This document shows positions 40,565 to 53,821 of a stretch of DNA of 64,000 nt, piece by piece. The notes beneath the pieces are model-generated. The model did no database searches, had not been told where the DNA came from, and worked only from the letters and a program-made list of their open reading frames with translations. The stretch lies in NCBI GenBank assembly GCA_951406725.2, contig OX597822.1:62434001-62498000 (forward strand). The letters run 5' to 3'. A program made the translations under genes and the position numbers. This DNA is from Octopus vulgaris (taxonomy: Eukaryota). Within the stretch, counting starts at the first letter, position 1. Each line of letters begins with the position of its first letter.

Positions 40565-42112
40565 GTATATATATATATATATATATACATTGTTATTTGA
40601 ATTTTAACTTTTCTATTATATGTAATTTTCTAGATGGTGTAATTTAATTATTCATTTTGAATTGATAAAAGGTGGTTTTTTTCTAATATTTTATACATAT
40701 ATAATATTTTATTTAGTCTTCACATTTACTTAAAATTCGTCGACATGGAATCAAAGCATTGGTCACATGTTCGGCCGATGAACACGCTCAACGATTAGAT
40801 ATCTCGCGTAAATGAATTCAAATTTTACAACGTATGTACGTGGCACTCTGTCTACCTAACCCCAAACCAATGTTATTTACACTGCCTTTCTAAGAAAATT
40901 GTTATTTTTCGTTGATATCCAAAGTCACTGCTTCGTTCCTTCGTTCAGATATCGTGCGTCAATACATTGTGCAGCTAAAGAAGACAAAATATACTGCATA
41001 AGCAGTCAACGAGGTAATTAGGCACCGAAGTATTTAGTTATCCAGCGAAGTAAGCCGCAGGAATTATCCCATTTTTATCTTCACTTTCTATGGCGTATAA
41101 ATAATCCTGTATTTTGATCTTGTTTTGTTCGTAAAGAAATATACGAACAGTACTGACCCCCTGTTGCCTTTTCGCTGTGCAGTTTTAATGATTCAATATC
41201 TTAGAGCAAGCAAGGCGGTGAGCAGACAGAAACGTTAGCACGCCGGGCGAAATGCTTTGCAATAATTCGTCTGCCTTTACATTCTGAGTTCAAATTCCGT
41301 CGAGGTCGACTCTGCCTTTTGTCCTTTCGGGGTCGATGAATCAAATACCAGTTCGTACTGATATCGATCTAATCGACTAGGCCCCTCCCCAAAAATGTCG
41401 GGTCTTGTGCCTAGAGTAGAAAAGAATATCTTAGAGTAAGCAAGTTATAATGCTTTGCTTCTGTGTCGAACTACCGTGTGTGCGTACTTGTGTGTGCGAT
41501 CGTGTGTGTATGTGCGCGTGCGCGCGTGTATGTAATGTACATATATATATGTATATAAAACATATATGTGAACACATATTTCTATACACGCATATACACA
41601 TATGATGGACTCTCTCATCGAAGAAGATGTATGAGTGTTTAGCTTTTTCGGAACAACCTACACAAATGATTTGTTCATAGTGATCAAATGTTCGTGCCAC
41701 ACATTAGCACACTTCCGCCACCAAATTGACGTTGCCCGAACAGGTGTACAGTGTACCATACGTCAGGTGTCGAAGTGATCGCAGGACGACGTTAGATGAA
41801 GTGCTTTGGTTAAGAAAACAGCGCATCACCCGGTTTAGGAACTGAAACTACGATATCGCATGGCCTCGTGGTTAGGGTCTTGCAAATACGATCGCGTCTT
41901 TGCATACACACAACTATATCCATAAGTTCTCACATAAACATATATACGTACATGCATACATATATATATAAACTGTGAAACCGGTTAAATCTTTAAATAT
42001 AATAATAAAAAATATATTAACCATTCTCAGTGCATTTCAACTTCTATTTTTCCTATATTTCTACCCGTGTGGAATAATGGAATAAAATAACTTTCTGTTA
42101 CATTATATATAC

Positions 42113-42162
<50 letters not shown>

Positions 42163-43047
42163 ATATTTGTGTTTAGGTGCAGATGCGTCGCTTCCCAACG
42201 AACAGGTTTCAGGTTCTGTCTTACTGCGTGACACTTTGGGTAAGTGTCTTCGACTATAGCTCTGGGCTGAACAAAGCCTCGTGAGGGGATTTGGTAAACG
42301 GAACTGAAAGAAACCCGATATATTTGGGGGTGCGTGTATGTATGTATTTATGTGTTTGTGTTTGTCACCCCATCATCACCCTATAACAATCGGTGTTTTT
42401 ATGTTTACGTCTCCGCACCTAAAAAGCTCGACAAAAAGACAACGATAAAATAAGTACCAGGTTTAAAGAAAAATAAGTACAGTGGATGGAGATTTGTTCA
42501 ACTAAACCTTTCAAGGAGTTGCCCCAGTATGACTGCAATCGAAAGACTAACACAACTTAAAAAGTAAAAGATATATCGAATCAGCTTAAAAACAATTGAC
42601 TGAAGAGTACTGAGCGAAAACCTATTTTGGAATCCCAAGATACATTTGCAATATTCTCTCTAAAATGAAGTTAATCTAAATTTCCCAACAACTGGCAAAA
42701 TAATTCCAATATAGAATCAAGCACGCCCATCCTGAATTGAAAACTTTCTGTCTATACGGAAAGTGGTGTGCATGTGCTCTTTCGGTATCCCATTACCAAC
42801 TTTTGACAGGAGTTTAAAATAGTTAGACTTTGTGATTTTATTTGAATTATCGCACCGGGAACATACTTCTTGGTGATAAATGTGCGATTGACGAGATTGG
42901 AACTAGTTTAATTCTCTAAAGCAATATCTGAATGTCAGTTTTAATCATGAAATTTTCAGTATGTATTAGCGTAGCGAATTGGACAGACATAATAACAGAC
43001 TTCACATAAACAGAAACGCATACAAATATATGTACGTACTGTTATGC

Positions 43048-43094
<47 letters not shown>

Positions 43095-43888
43095 ATATTA
43101 CATTATTATATTATATCATATTATATATTAATACCCATGCACGAACACAAATTTAAATAGCTTGACTATGTGATGTTATTTCAATAATCACTTCGATTAA
43201 TATGTACCCAGGTGGAGGGTAATTCTCTAACAAAGAGTAGCACACATACACACACACACACACAGTCACACACATAGAGGAATAGTGAAACCCGAAACAT
43301 ACATAAATCTGTACGTATTAACTGCATGCAAATATTGTGTTGAAAAACTTGTTTGAATATTTACATATATAGCCTTGTGTGTGCTTCGAGATCCGCTATT
43401 CCAAAAAATAATTATTCCACACTCTCTCGAGAGTTTGTAAAATTCTTATGCCATTAACAATATATATTCTTTAACGTGTTTCAGTCATTTGACTGTGGGT
43501 ATGCAGGAGCAACACCTTTTAGTCGAAGAAATTGACTTATTATTATTCTTTGTAAACCCGCTGTTTATTCTATCGGTCTTTTTTGCCGAATCTCTAAGTT
43601 ACGGGGACGTAAACACACCAACAGCGGTTGTCAAGCGATGGTGGGGGGACAAACACAGACACACAAACATACACACACACACAAACACACACATATACAT
43701 ACTTATATATATGTATATACGACGGGCTTCTTTTAGTTTCCGTCTACTACATCTACTCACAAAGCTTTTGTAGGCTCGAGGCTATAGTAGAAGACATTTG
43801 TCCAAAGTGTCGTTGAGTTGGACTGAACCTTGAACCATGCGGCTGAGAAGCAAGCTTCTTACCACAAAGCCACTCCTATATGTGTGTG

Positions 43889-43975
<87 letters not shown>

Positions 43976-44134
43976 ATATGTGACAATTATCTTGGCTACT
44001 GAATAATTGTCACATATTTTACAGATAAATTTCCTCTATTTACATAATATTGAGGTCTCCTTCTTCCTTTTGTTATCTTACTGTTTTTACCAATATATAT
44101 ATATAGACACACACACACACATACCGTGTATGAG

Positions 44135-44655
44135 TATACATATATACATACATATATATATACATATATATATACATATATACATACATATATATATACA
44201 TATATACATACATATATATATACATATATACATACATATATATATATACATATATACATACATATATATGTATACATATATACATACATATATATATATA
44301 TACATATATACATACATATATACATACATATATATATATATACATATATACATACATATATATATACATATATATATACATATATATATACATATATACA
44401 TACATATATATATACATATATACATACATATATATATACATATATACATACATATATACATATATACATACATATATACATACATATATATATACATATA
44501 TACATACATATATATATACATATATACATACATATATATATACATATATACATACATATATATATACATATATACATACATATATATATATATATATATA
44601 CATACATATATATATATACATACATATATATATATACATACATATATATATATAC

Positions 44656-44695
<40 letters not shown>
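44135..44695. repeat. Complex TA/CA higher-order microsatellite (units such as CATATATACATACATATATATATA)
   Basis: Direct reading of the sequence. A similar tract lies at 53510-53821. Confidence 0.9.
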
Positions 44696-44696
<1 letters not shown>

Positions 44697-44707
44697 GCGC
44701 ACACGCA

Positions 44708-45249
44708 TAGGGTTATTCAAAAGGAATGAACCGATTCCATTACGCAATATTTTAATTAGGACAAGCAGTAGAAAACTCCAGCTAAGTCACAAATATTTAC
44801 TCACACTCAACTTTTATTTCCTATCTTACAAGTGTTCAATGTGGCCACCACCTGCAGCACTGGCAACATCAATGCGATAAGAGAATTCTTCCAAGACTCG
44901 TATCAGCATATCACGATCCAGGGACTTGATGACTGTTGTATAATTTTTTTTGTGTGGATATGTAAAAGATCGCGTTTATGTTCCACCACTACTCACTTAC
45001 CACGATGACCTTAAACATCGAATAACAACAGCGATCAACTTAGTGAATCGTGATATGCTGATACGCGACTTGGAGGAATTCGCTTATCGCATTGACGTTG
45101 ACCGTGCTGCAGATGGTGGCCACATTGAACTCTTGTAAGACAGGAAATAAAAGTTGATTCGGAGTAAATTCCTATGACTTAGCAGGAGTTTTCTATTGCT
45201 TTTCCTTATTAAAATATTGTGTAATGAAATCGGTTCATTGTTTTTTAAT

Positions 45250-45255
<6 letters not shown>
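44708..45255 (+). mobile_element. Tc1/mariner-type element with long (~230 bp) TIRs that include the transposase C-terminus
   Basis: ORF 44950-45138 CGYVKDRVYVPP...DDLKHRITTAI...YRIDV.RAADGGHIE. Diverged inverted arms at about 44710-44938 / 45022-45254. Confidence 0.8.
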
Positions 45256-45322
<67 letters not shown>

Positions 45323-45517
45323 CAATAATAAATCTCTGGTCTAGGTATAAACAGTAGCTGCACGACATCGTGAAGTATATTTGTCACTTAAATGTGGCTA
45401 ACCTTTAAGGGTGGATTCTACTGTAACTTGTAGCCCCAGGAGGACACCTCCTCTAGCTGGCTATTGACACACTTTCTGTGCCCTATCAGTTTCTGAGTAT
45501 TGACCCGTCATCAGCCT

Positions 45518-47773
45518 GTGACAATCACCGGTTTCTCTTTATTATAGGAACAAGGCCTGAATACAGACGGGATATACACAAACAAGCGAGAACAAAAAAA
45601 AACATATGAAATAATGAATTACAATGAATTAAATTACAATGAATATGAGACGGTTTTCTCGGTCCCGCTCCAAGACGAAACCGTGATTTCTTTTTTACAA
45701 TTAAACGTTCTTAGTCTTTTCTTTTTTTCCGTTTTTAGCTTGTTCTTTTTCTTAGTCTTTTGTTGTTGTTTTTTTGTTGGTTCGTTTTCTTCTTCTTTTT
45801 TCTTTAAACTTTTTAACAGTCTATTTTCTGGGGTTTTTTTTTTATGAAGTAAAAATGTTACTTGTTTTTAAATGTTCATAAAGGGTTTCAAATTTAATTC
45901 CACGACCGGTTGGAGCTCGTCAAACTCGACTTCAACCCCCAGCGGGTCTATGAAAAATCCAGACATCTCTCTCAATTTCAAAAATCTCTCTTTATCTATG
46001 ACTATTCCTTTAGTGTGTTCCGAGTATTCTCCTGGTGGCAGCCTTAATCTTATTACCGATTTATATTTTACTATCGTTTTCTCTATTTCTTTACATTTAG
46101 AACACGTGACCAAATGCCACTTATATCTCTTCCTTTTCACTTCTGCTTGCTTCGGCTCCCGTTCGGGTGTGCAGAAACATAACCAATTTTGTAAATGCTT
46201 CCTCTTTCTCCCTCTTGTAATGCTGGTTTTTCCTGTGTGCCTTCTTTCACTACTGCTTCTGTTGGTGCTTCACACCTATTTCTCTTTTTTTGCACCACAA
46301 TCTCTTTTAGCCTTTTTTGACTGTCTGGGGGAGAATTCAGCTGTTCCTTTCTCTTTCTCGTGTTTACTACTGTGAAGGGTTCTTCCACTCTATCTGTCTC
46401 TTTTATTAGTATTACCTCTTCGGTATTGTTTTCTTCACTTTTTCTCTCCTCTTCGTTTTCCTTCTCGGGACATCTTGCTTTCATGTGCCCTTTTTTTGCC
46501 GCATAGGAAGCATGTTGGTGGTCTTCCTTCAAATGTTATTCGAAGTCTGCTGTCTTCCGGGAGTATTATTTCCTCCGTTACACAATGCAAATCTTTCAAA
46601 GATACCTGCATGGTCACTTTGAGGCCATATCCCCACCAATTGACCTTTTGGGTTTTCGTTATCTTGAGGATCTCTACCCCATCCTTCATGTCGTGCATTA
46701 TGACTGCTACCAGCCATTCTTCCTCGATTTCACGGTGCACTCTTCCAACTCTCACTCTGGCAACGCGTTTGCCACAGTACGTCGGAAGTAGTATCAATTT
46801 CGTTGTCCGTAACGGGTCCGTGGAGTGGTTTATGGCATCTTCATTGCCAAACCTCCTTTCACTGAGCCATACTTTTTCCGCGTGTATAGAATGTGGTCAA
46901 TATTTTAACATTTTCGAGGCATTCCTCTATTCCTTCTTTTGGGGCGAACTCTATCTTGTTCGAGGACGTAAGCAACATTCTGTATACTACCGTCCTCTTC
47001 ATTATGCTTTTCATCAGTTCTTCTGGGGGAGTCAGCTTTAGACTGACTCCCTCCTTTTTTTACAAATTTTCTTCCTTCCTTTCTCTTTCTTGTGTCAATT
47101 TCTATTTCCTGTACTTCCCGGGTGTTGGCATTTATTCCTTGTGTCGTTGCCGCTGCATAACTGTGTGTGTTCTCCCTCTCTCTTCCTTTCTTCACTCCTC
47201 CCGTAGATGGGGATTATACAAGTGCAAAAGAAACAGTGTCTGAAATTCAACAATTTACACAATCCAACGAATCTTGGTTCACCCGCGCGAGGAAACCTAC
47301 AAAAAACATATAATATCAGTGTGCAACGATTCGAACTCACATCGAAGAAATCACTACCAACACCCATTAGTGACAATCACCGGTTTCTTTTTATTATAGG
47401 AACAAGGTCTAAATACAGAGGGGACATACACAAACGTTCGGTAACAAAAAATATATGAAAGAATGAATTACAATGAATATGAGACGGTTTTCTCGGGACC
47501 GCTCCAAGACGAAACCGTGATGTCTTTTTTACAATTAAACATTCTTACAGTCTTTTCTTTTTTTCCTTTTTTAGCTTGTTCTTTTTCTTAGTCTTTTGTT
47601 TTCTTATCTTTTTTTCTTTTTTCTTTAAACTTTTTAACAATTTGTTTTCCTCGTTTTTTATATGAAGTACAACTTTTAATTTCTTATTTTTAAATGTTCA
47701 TAAAGGGTTTCAAATCTAATTTCACGACCAGTGGAGGCTCGTCAAACTCGACTTCAACCCCCAGCAGGTCTAT
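45518..47773 (-). mobile_element. ORF1-only (gag-like CCHC) retroelement in partial tandem, 1852-bp period
   Basis: Frameshifted ORF pieces from 47195 to 45868 include RITFEGRPPTCFLCGKK/GHMKARC (CX2CX4HX4C, Tx1/L1 ORF1-like). AATAAA lies near the 3' end. Direct repeat at 45518-45951 / 47370-47773. Confidence 0.7.
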
Positions 47774-47778
47774 ACGCC

Positions 47779-47872
<94 letters not shown>

Positions 47873-48099
47873 ACTAGTTTCACATATATATATATATATA
47901 TATATGCAACTAGTTTCACTTTAAAGTGAAAGATCATTGAATGGTGTCATCAAAATATATAATATCTTACATATAGTTCGTGCTTGTTTCCACTTTTTCG
48001 AGATCAGTGACTTTTCGTCACTGGAAAAAGTATATATATATATATATATATATATATTTGCATTGAGAATCATTTCCCATCACCAACCCGTGGTTTTCA

Positions 48100-48265
48100 C
48101 ACGCTCATGACGGGTCAATACCCAGAAACTCGGGTTTGTGTGTATCACCACAGGCTGGAGGTGGGAACGATGACTTCCCTTTGCAAGTAGTGATAGGGCA
48201 CAGATAGTATGTCAATAGCCAGCTGGAGGAGATGTCTTGCTGGGGCTACAATCTCTAGTAGCCTC
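48100..48265 (-). repeat. Interspersed repeat family (GGAGGACA.CTCCTCCAGCTGGCTA core)
   Basis: Copies at about 45400-45517(+), 26620-26670(-) and 58605-58670(+). Confidence 0.6.
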
Positions 48266-48286
48266 AACCCCTATATATACACATAC

Positions 48287-48366
<80 letters not shown>

Positions 48367-48575
48367 GTTATGAGATGTAATGGTGTCAGTAAGACCCAAA
48401 GGTGTCAAGTAATGCTGAGTAAGTTCTATGACCATAGTTAAGATCCAGGTTCAGTGATTATGCGAATAAGGAGTCCACCATAGGTCGTATATCAGCATGT
48501 TATATATTAAAAAAAATTCAGAATGAGATAAGAAAACACCAAGGCGGTGAAGATTTCAGAGCATTTATAAATAGG

Positions 48576-48621
48576 TCTTACAGCTGTTTCCGGGATATTT
48601 ATTATATCCTTTCATCGGAGA
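48576..48621 (-). ncRNA. Type I minimal hammerhead-like motif (U4C core) inside inverted repeat 48519-48574 / 48665-48718
   Basis: UCU-CCGAUGA-aaGGAUA...UAUCCcg-GAAA-cagcug-UA-AGA. Stem I is short. Confidence 0.6.
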
Positions 48622-49407
48622 TGGTGTGAGAAAATGTGATTAAGCAATAGTTAATTTAAATCTTCTATTTATAAATGTTCTAAAATCTTCACAGCCTTGG
48701 TTTTTGTATCTCATTCTGTAAAAAATTATATATATATATATATATAATAATAAATATTAGGGAATAAATCCAAATTTACAGGGAAAAAAATCAGATTTAG
48801 GATTAAATCCAATTTTATAGTAAAATATTATATAATATTAATTAGAGACAGAACCACTATTTTGCAAAACAAACAAGGAAAGACTTAATCAATACATAAG
48901 ATTTTAATAAAAAGTCAAAAAAACCGCCACTACAATTGTTTCTTGTCCTGATCGACAATCTTCAGGTGGACTTCCAATTTTCAAGTCATTTTCAAATTAT
49001 GAAGTGAAATTAAATTCTATCCGTTAAAAACGTCAAACAAAATTACGTTACCATAGGAACCCAACATATGTATAAAAAGTATTCCCGCTCTGGAAATCAT
49101 TCAAAATTTTAAGTCAGTTGAAACTGACTTGAAATTTTGAATGATGTTCGTTTCCAGAGCGGGAATACTTTTTATACATATGTTGGGTTCCTATGGTAAC
49201 GTAATTTTGTTTGACGTTTTTAACGGATAGAATTTTTAACGGATAGAATTCAACTGACTTGAAATTTTGAATGATGTTCGTTTCCAGAGCGGGAATACTT
49301 TTTATACATATGTTGGGTTCCTATGGTAACGTAATTTTGTTTGACGTTTTTAACGGATAGAATTTAATTTCACTTCATAATTTGAAAATGACTTGAAAAT
49401 TGGAAGT

Positions 49408-49450
49408 CCACCTGAAGATTGTCGATCAGGACAAGAAACAATTGTAGTGG
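49408..49450 (+). ncRNA. Canonical type I minimal hammerhead ribozyme; identical copy on the minus strand at 48927-48969
   Basis: CCAC-CUGAAGA-UUGUC-gaucag-GACAA-GAAA-caauug-UA-GUGG, in the ~290-bp-arm fold-back 48829-49547. Confidence 0.88.
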
Positions 49451-49535
49451 CGGTTGTTTTGACTTTTTATTAAAATCTTATGTATTGATTAAGTCTTTCC
49501 TTGTTTGTTTTGCAAAATAGTGGTTTTGTCTCTAA

Positions 49536-49594
<59 letters not shown>

Positions 49595-49705
49595 GATGAA
49601 TATGGTACTTAAGTTGAGGTACCAGAATTTAGTACAGTATTCGCCATACAATTTCAAAATAAGGTGATTAAAATCAAAATAAGCAACAAGGATATCCAGA
49701 GTTAA

Positions 49706-49792
49706 TGCAGTACGATTGTTTCATACGACTCCATTTAATTGAACAATGCAATCACTACATCAATTTAAAATGAAGAGCAATCTTCAGCTGCA
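49706..49792 (-). ncRNA. Type I hammerhead ribozyme with long stem II
   Basis: UGCAG-CUGAAGA-[long imperfect hairpin]-GAAA-caaucg-UA-CUGCA. The inverted arm (49815-49891) has the palindromic GAAA-cgaucg-UA. Confidence 0.7.
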
Positions 49793-51207
49793 CAAAGACA
49801 TAGAATTTAATTCAATTGTTCAATTAAATGGAGTCGTATGAAACGATCGTACTGCATTACCTCTGGATATCCTTGTTGCTTATTTTGATTTATATATATA
49901 TGGGGTTGTATATATGGGGTTGTATATATACATACATGAAGACAATGATGTTTGAATTGAATGGTATACATAGTAAAACCTACCGTTATTGAATTGTGAA
50001 TCATTTAGAATCAGTGGGAAGTAGTGAGGGTTTGGAAGAGACTAAGACAAATAAGTGAATAAACTGATGTTACAAAATAAAATGAAATGAAATGAAATAA
50101 TAAAAGGAAAAGATCTATAATTTACAGAGAGAACTCAGTTGAATTAATATCATCTACTGCAGGGTATTATATAATAGATTGAAATATCTTTAAAGTAATA
50201 AATTTTGTTGAGGCCAGTAAATTCATATCTTCATGATCATCATCAACGATCATTGTAGAGTGTTAGATTAGAGATAGCTATATAATTTTAAATGTGTTTA
50301 TGTGATAAGGTTAATTGTTTTAAAAATAATAACACGAACCCTAAGAATGTTATTATTATTGGTTTTGTTAAGGAAAAAAAATCAATATTGTTTAAAGATT
50401 ATATTTTTAAAATTATATTTTCTAAATAAGGTATGATTATCTCTAGTTAGTAGGATTAAATCTGTAAAATCTGTAAAATTTATGGCTCCAATTTGAAATA
50501 TTCAAATATTGATGGTTAATAATTTATGATCTGTAAGAACGTTTTCTGCTTAGAGCTCAGTCGAGACAAAAGCAAACCCAAAATTTATATTTGGGATTAT
50601 ATTTAAAAATTACAAAGATATTCTTTTGTATTCATTTACTATTCTTTTTGTATTCTTTTAATATTCTTTTAATAAGAATGCATAGAAAGAAGACGTAGAT
50701 AGAAAGCTGAGATAAGTTACAGATGAAGCATCAATATCAAGAAATATTGATTCATTGTCTTGTTTTTCTTTTTCTAATTCTCTAATCCTAGTAGCATAAA
50801 ACAAAAAAAAGTCATTCGGAGTTGAACATGAGACTGCTTTTAGAAGGTGCCCTATAGTGTTTTATCGGAAAGATATAATATACACAATGCGTGGAATAAA
50901 CCAAAACAAATATATTTCTCGCTGGTACAGATAAGAGCTTCAAGATGAAATGATAACGGTTATTAGTTCGTCCTCTGAGTATTGGTTTGTCACGACCAGC
51001 TTTTCTCCGGCAAATACATGGAGCAATTGCGCTAGGTGATTTTATTGTCCTTTTTTTTTATTCCGTCTAAGGGTATTACTCCTTATTTTATATGATATTA
51101 ATTATGTATCGCTGTAGCTGCGTTTGAGATACCTAAAGAGAAACTTATTTTAAACTTATCAATGATTTGAGGAAAGCAAAATCATACACAAACTTATGTG
51201 TGTATTA

Positions 51208-51253
<46 letters not shown>

Positions 51254-51273
51254 ATGTGTATACGCGCACACAC

Positions 51274-51319
<46 letters not shown>

Positions 51320-51323
51320 GTGA

Positions 51324-51600
51324 GGGCGCGTGACTTAGTGGTTAGGAAATTCGGCTCACGATTGTAAGGTCGTCAGTTCGATTCCCGGCGACGTGTTGTG
51401 TCCTTGAGCAAGACACTTTATTTCACGTTGCTCCAGTCCACTCAACTAGCAAAAATGAGTTGTACCTGTATTTCAAAGAGTCGGTCTTGTCACACTCTGT
51501 GTCACGCTGAATCTCCCTGAGAACTACGTTGGGGGATAGGCGTGTCTGTAGATTGCTCTGTCATTTGCACGTTAATTTCATGAGCAGGCTGTTTCGTTGA
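51324..51600 (+). mobile_element. tRNA-derived SINE (GGCGCGTGACTTAGTGGTTAGG head)
   Basis: A-box and GTTCGATTCC B-box are present. The tail matches the reverse complement of 56995-57125. Confidence 0.8.
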
Positions 51601-51608
51601 AGTGCTCC

Positions 51609-51660
<52 letters not shown>

Positions 51661-52518
51661 TAATATAGAGTAGTTGATTACGAATATCAATGACAGCTCT
51701 GAAGGAAATAACCGATTGTCATTTTGAAAGAGGCTGCTCAGAAAATGTATAACATCCGTTGATTACGAATACATGCTGATCGATATCAAACCATAAGAAA
51801 AAAGAAACGCTTTATACATATAAATATGAAGTCATAAATTATTGTATTATTGAGACAGAAACTTAGAAAATCCGGTACAAAACTTCAAAAGTATCTGGTA
51901 AATTTATGTGTGACAATCAACGGAAGCTCTGTGGGACTCCCAAGATGTGATTCCCATATTAATTAGCTGTTCAAAAGTTACATCACAGCATAATTTTAAA
52001 AGAGGCCTGTTATAATATCCAGATCACGATACAATTCGTAATAAACGAGGATAGCTCTGAACATTTATCTATAAGAATTGAGAGGGATATGTCATGCATA
52101 CATACTCACAGCGTGAAGGAAATTTGCTTGAATGAATTTGATCAGAATACTAATAAATCAGACATGAAATATTTGCCTGCGATAGAAAATAAAAATGAAA
52201 ACTATAATGTTATAAAGATTATAGCACCTCTAATATATTCTTTTATTCTCTTACTTATTTTAGTCATGTAAGTGAGGCCATGCTGGAGCACCGTCTTCAA
52301 GGCTCTTGGTCGAACAAATCGACCCCAGGACTTTTTTTAAAGCCTAGTACTTATTCTATCGGTCTGTTTTGCTGAACCACTAAGTTACGAGGACGAAAAC
52401 ACACTAACAGCGGTTTTCAAGCGGTGATTGGGGGCAAACACAGACACGAGAACACACACATAGATATATATATACACACATACAGCGCATGTGTGCGAGT
52501 ATGTATATATGCACGCAC

Positions 52519-52573
<55 letters not shown>

Positions 52574-52574
<1 letters not shown>

Positions 52575-53168
52575 GCGTGTGTGTGTGTGGTTGTGGCTGT
52601 TAATCTATGTGTGTGGTTGGGCTTAGTATCGTTTGAGGTCATTGGAAGAATTTATAGTAAGAATTTTGGTAGGAGTGGTTGCCTGTTGTGTGTCTAGCAT
52701 CCTAGATAATGTGCCTTCAGATCATGTTCACCACTTACGGCCACCAAGTGTCAACGGCGTTACTGCGATTTCGTCGATGGATCTACGTCCGCATAGATTA
52801 TATTTTAAATGATTGATACGGGACACGGAGTGTAACTAGAAGTTTTATTAGCACAAAAGTCGTTTCGGTTTCACTCTGTGTAGATCTCTATTTGGTGTGG
52901 GACGATGTAATGACATCAGATGCAATGCATAGTGCAGTCAGCCTCATCAGGTGAGGTAACATGCTTCAAAAGTAATCAGATTGACATTTTCTTTTCGCTC
53001 CAAGCTATATGCTGGTGGTGATTCTAAGGAATGATTCTAGGATGCTAGACACACAACAGGCAACCACTCCTACCAAAATTCTTACTATAAATTCTTCCAA
53101 TGACCTCAAACGATACTAAGCCCAACCACACACATAGATTAACAGCCACAACCACACACACACACGCA
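52574..53168. repeat. 133-bp inverted repeat (52574-52706 / 53036-53168) enclosing an HHR-like motif (52852-52953, minus)
   Basis: The arms give identical peptides on opposite strands. The spacer reads CAC-CUGAUGA-GG...CC-GAAA-cgacuu-UU-GUG. Confidence 0.8.
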
Positions 53169-53377
53169 CACGTGCTATCATTACACACACACGCGCGCGC
53201 ACCTGTGCGCACGCACATACCCACACATACACACACATGCCTCCTCTTGCACTCTCCTGTGTTGAAAGAACTTTTTCTTCACCCATTCCCTTCCGGTCAT
53301 TTCAATATGTGACCGCGTGTGTATCGGTGATTTTCTTTCTCTGTCTTTCCTTCCTTGGACTTTTCCTTTTTTTTTAT

Positions 53378-53412
53378 ATTTCTGACGAAGAGCTCCGCTC
53401 GAAACGTTAAAT
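53378..53412 (+). ncRNA. Penelope-type minimal hammerhead ribozyme in a PLE-like 3' end (about 53170-53510)
   Basis: AUUU-CUGACGA-a-GAGC-ucc-GCUC-GAAA-cg-UU-AAAU. Confidence 0.75.
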
Positions 53413-53525
53413 CCTCCTTCTTTCTTTCCTTTCCTGAGCGTCCAATACCATTTACTTATTCCACGTCCTCGCATTGTTGTGCTTTCTCTTTGTTCATGTT
53501 TGGATTAACTATATATGCATATACA

Positions 53526-53627
<102 letters not shown>

Positions 53628-53641
53628 CATATATATACACA

Positions 53642-53673
<32 letters not shown>

Positions 53674-53676
53674 CAC

Positions 53677-53707
<31 letters not shown>

Positions 53708-53730
53708 CATATATATATACATATATATAC

Positions 53731-53761
<31 letters not shown>

Positions 53762-53762
53762 C

Positions 53763-53821
<59 letters not shown>

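Noticed and set aside
45518-47773. LTR retrotransposon interpretation of the 430-bp direct repeats
   Set aside because: There are no TG...CA ends, PBS, PPT or TSD. The repeat includes the ORF's C-terminus and is truncated at a microsatellite.
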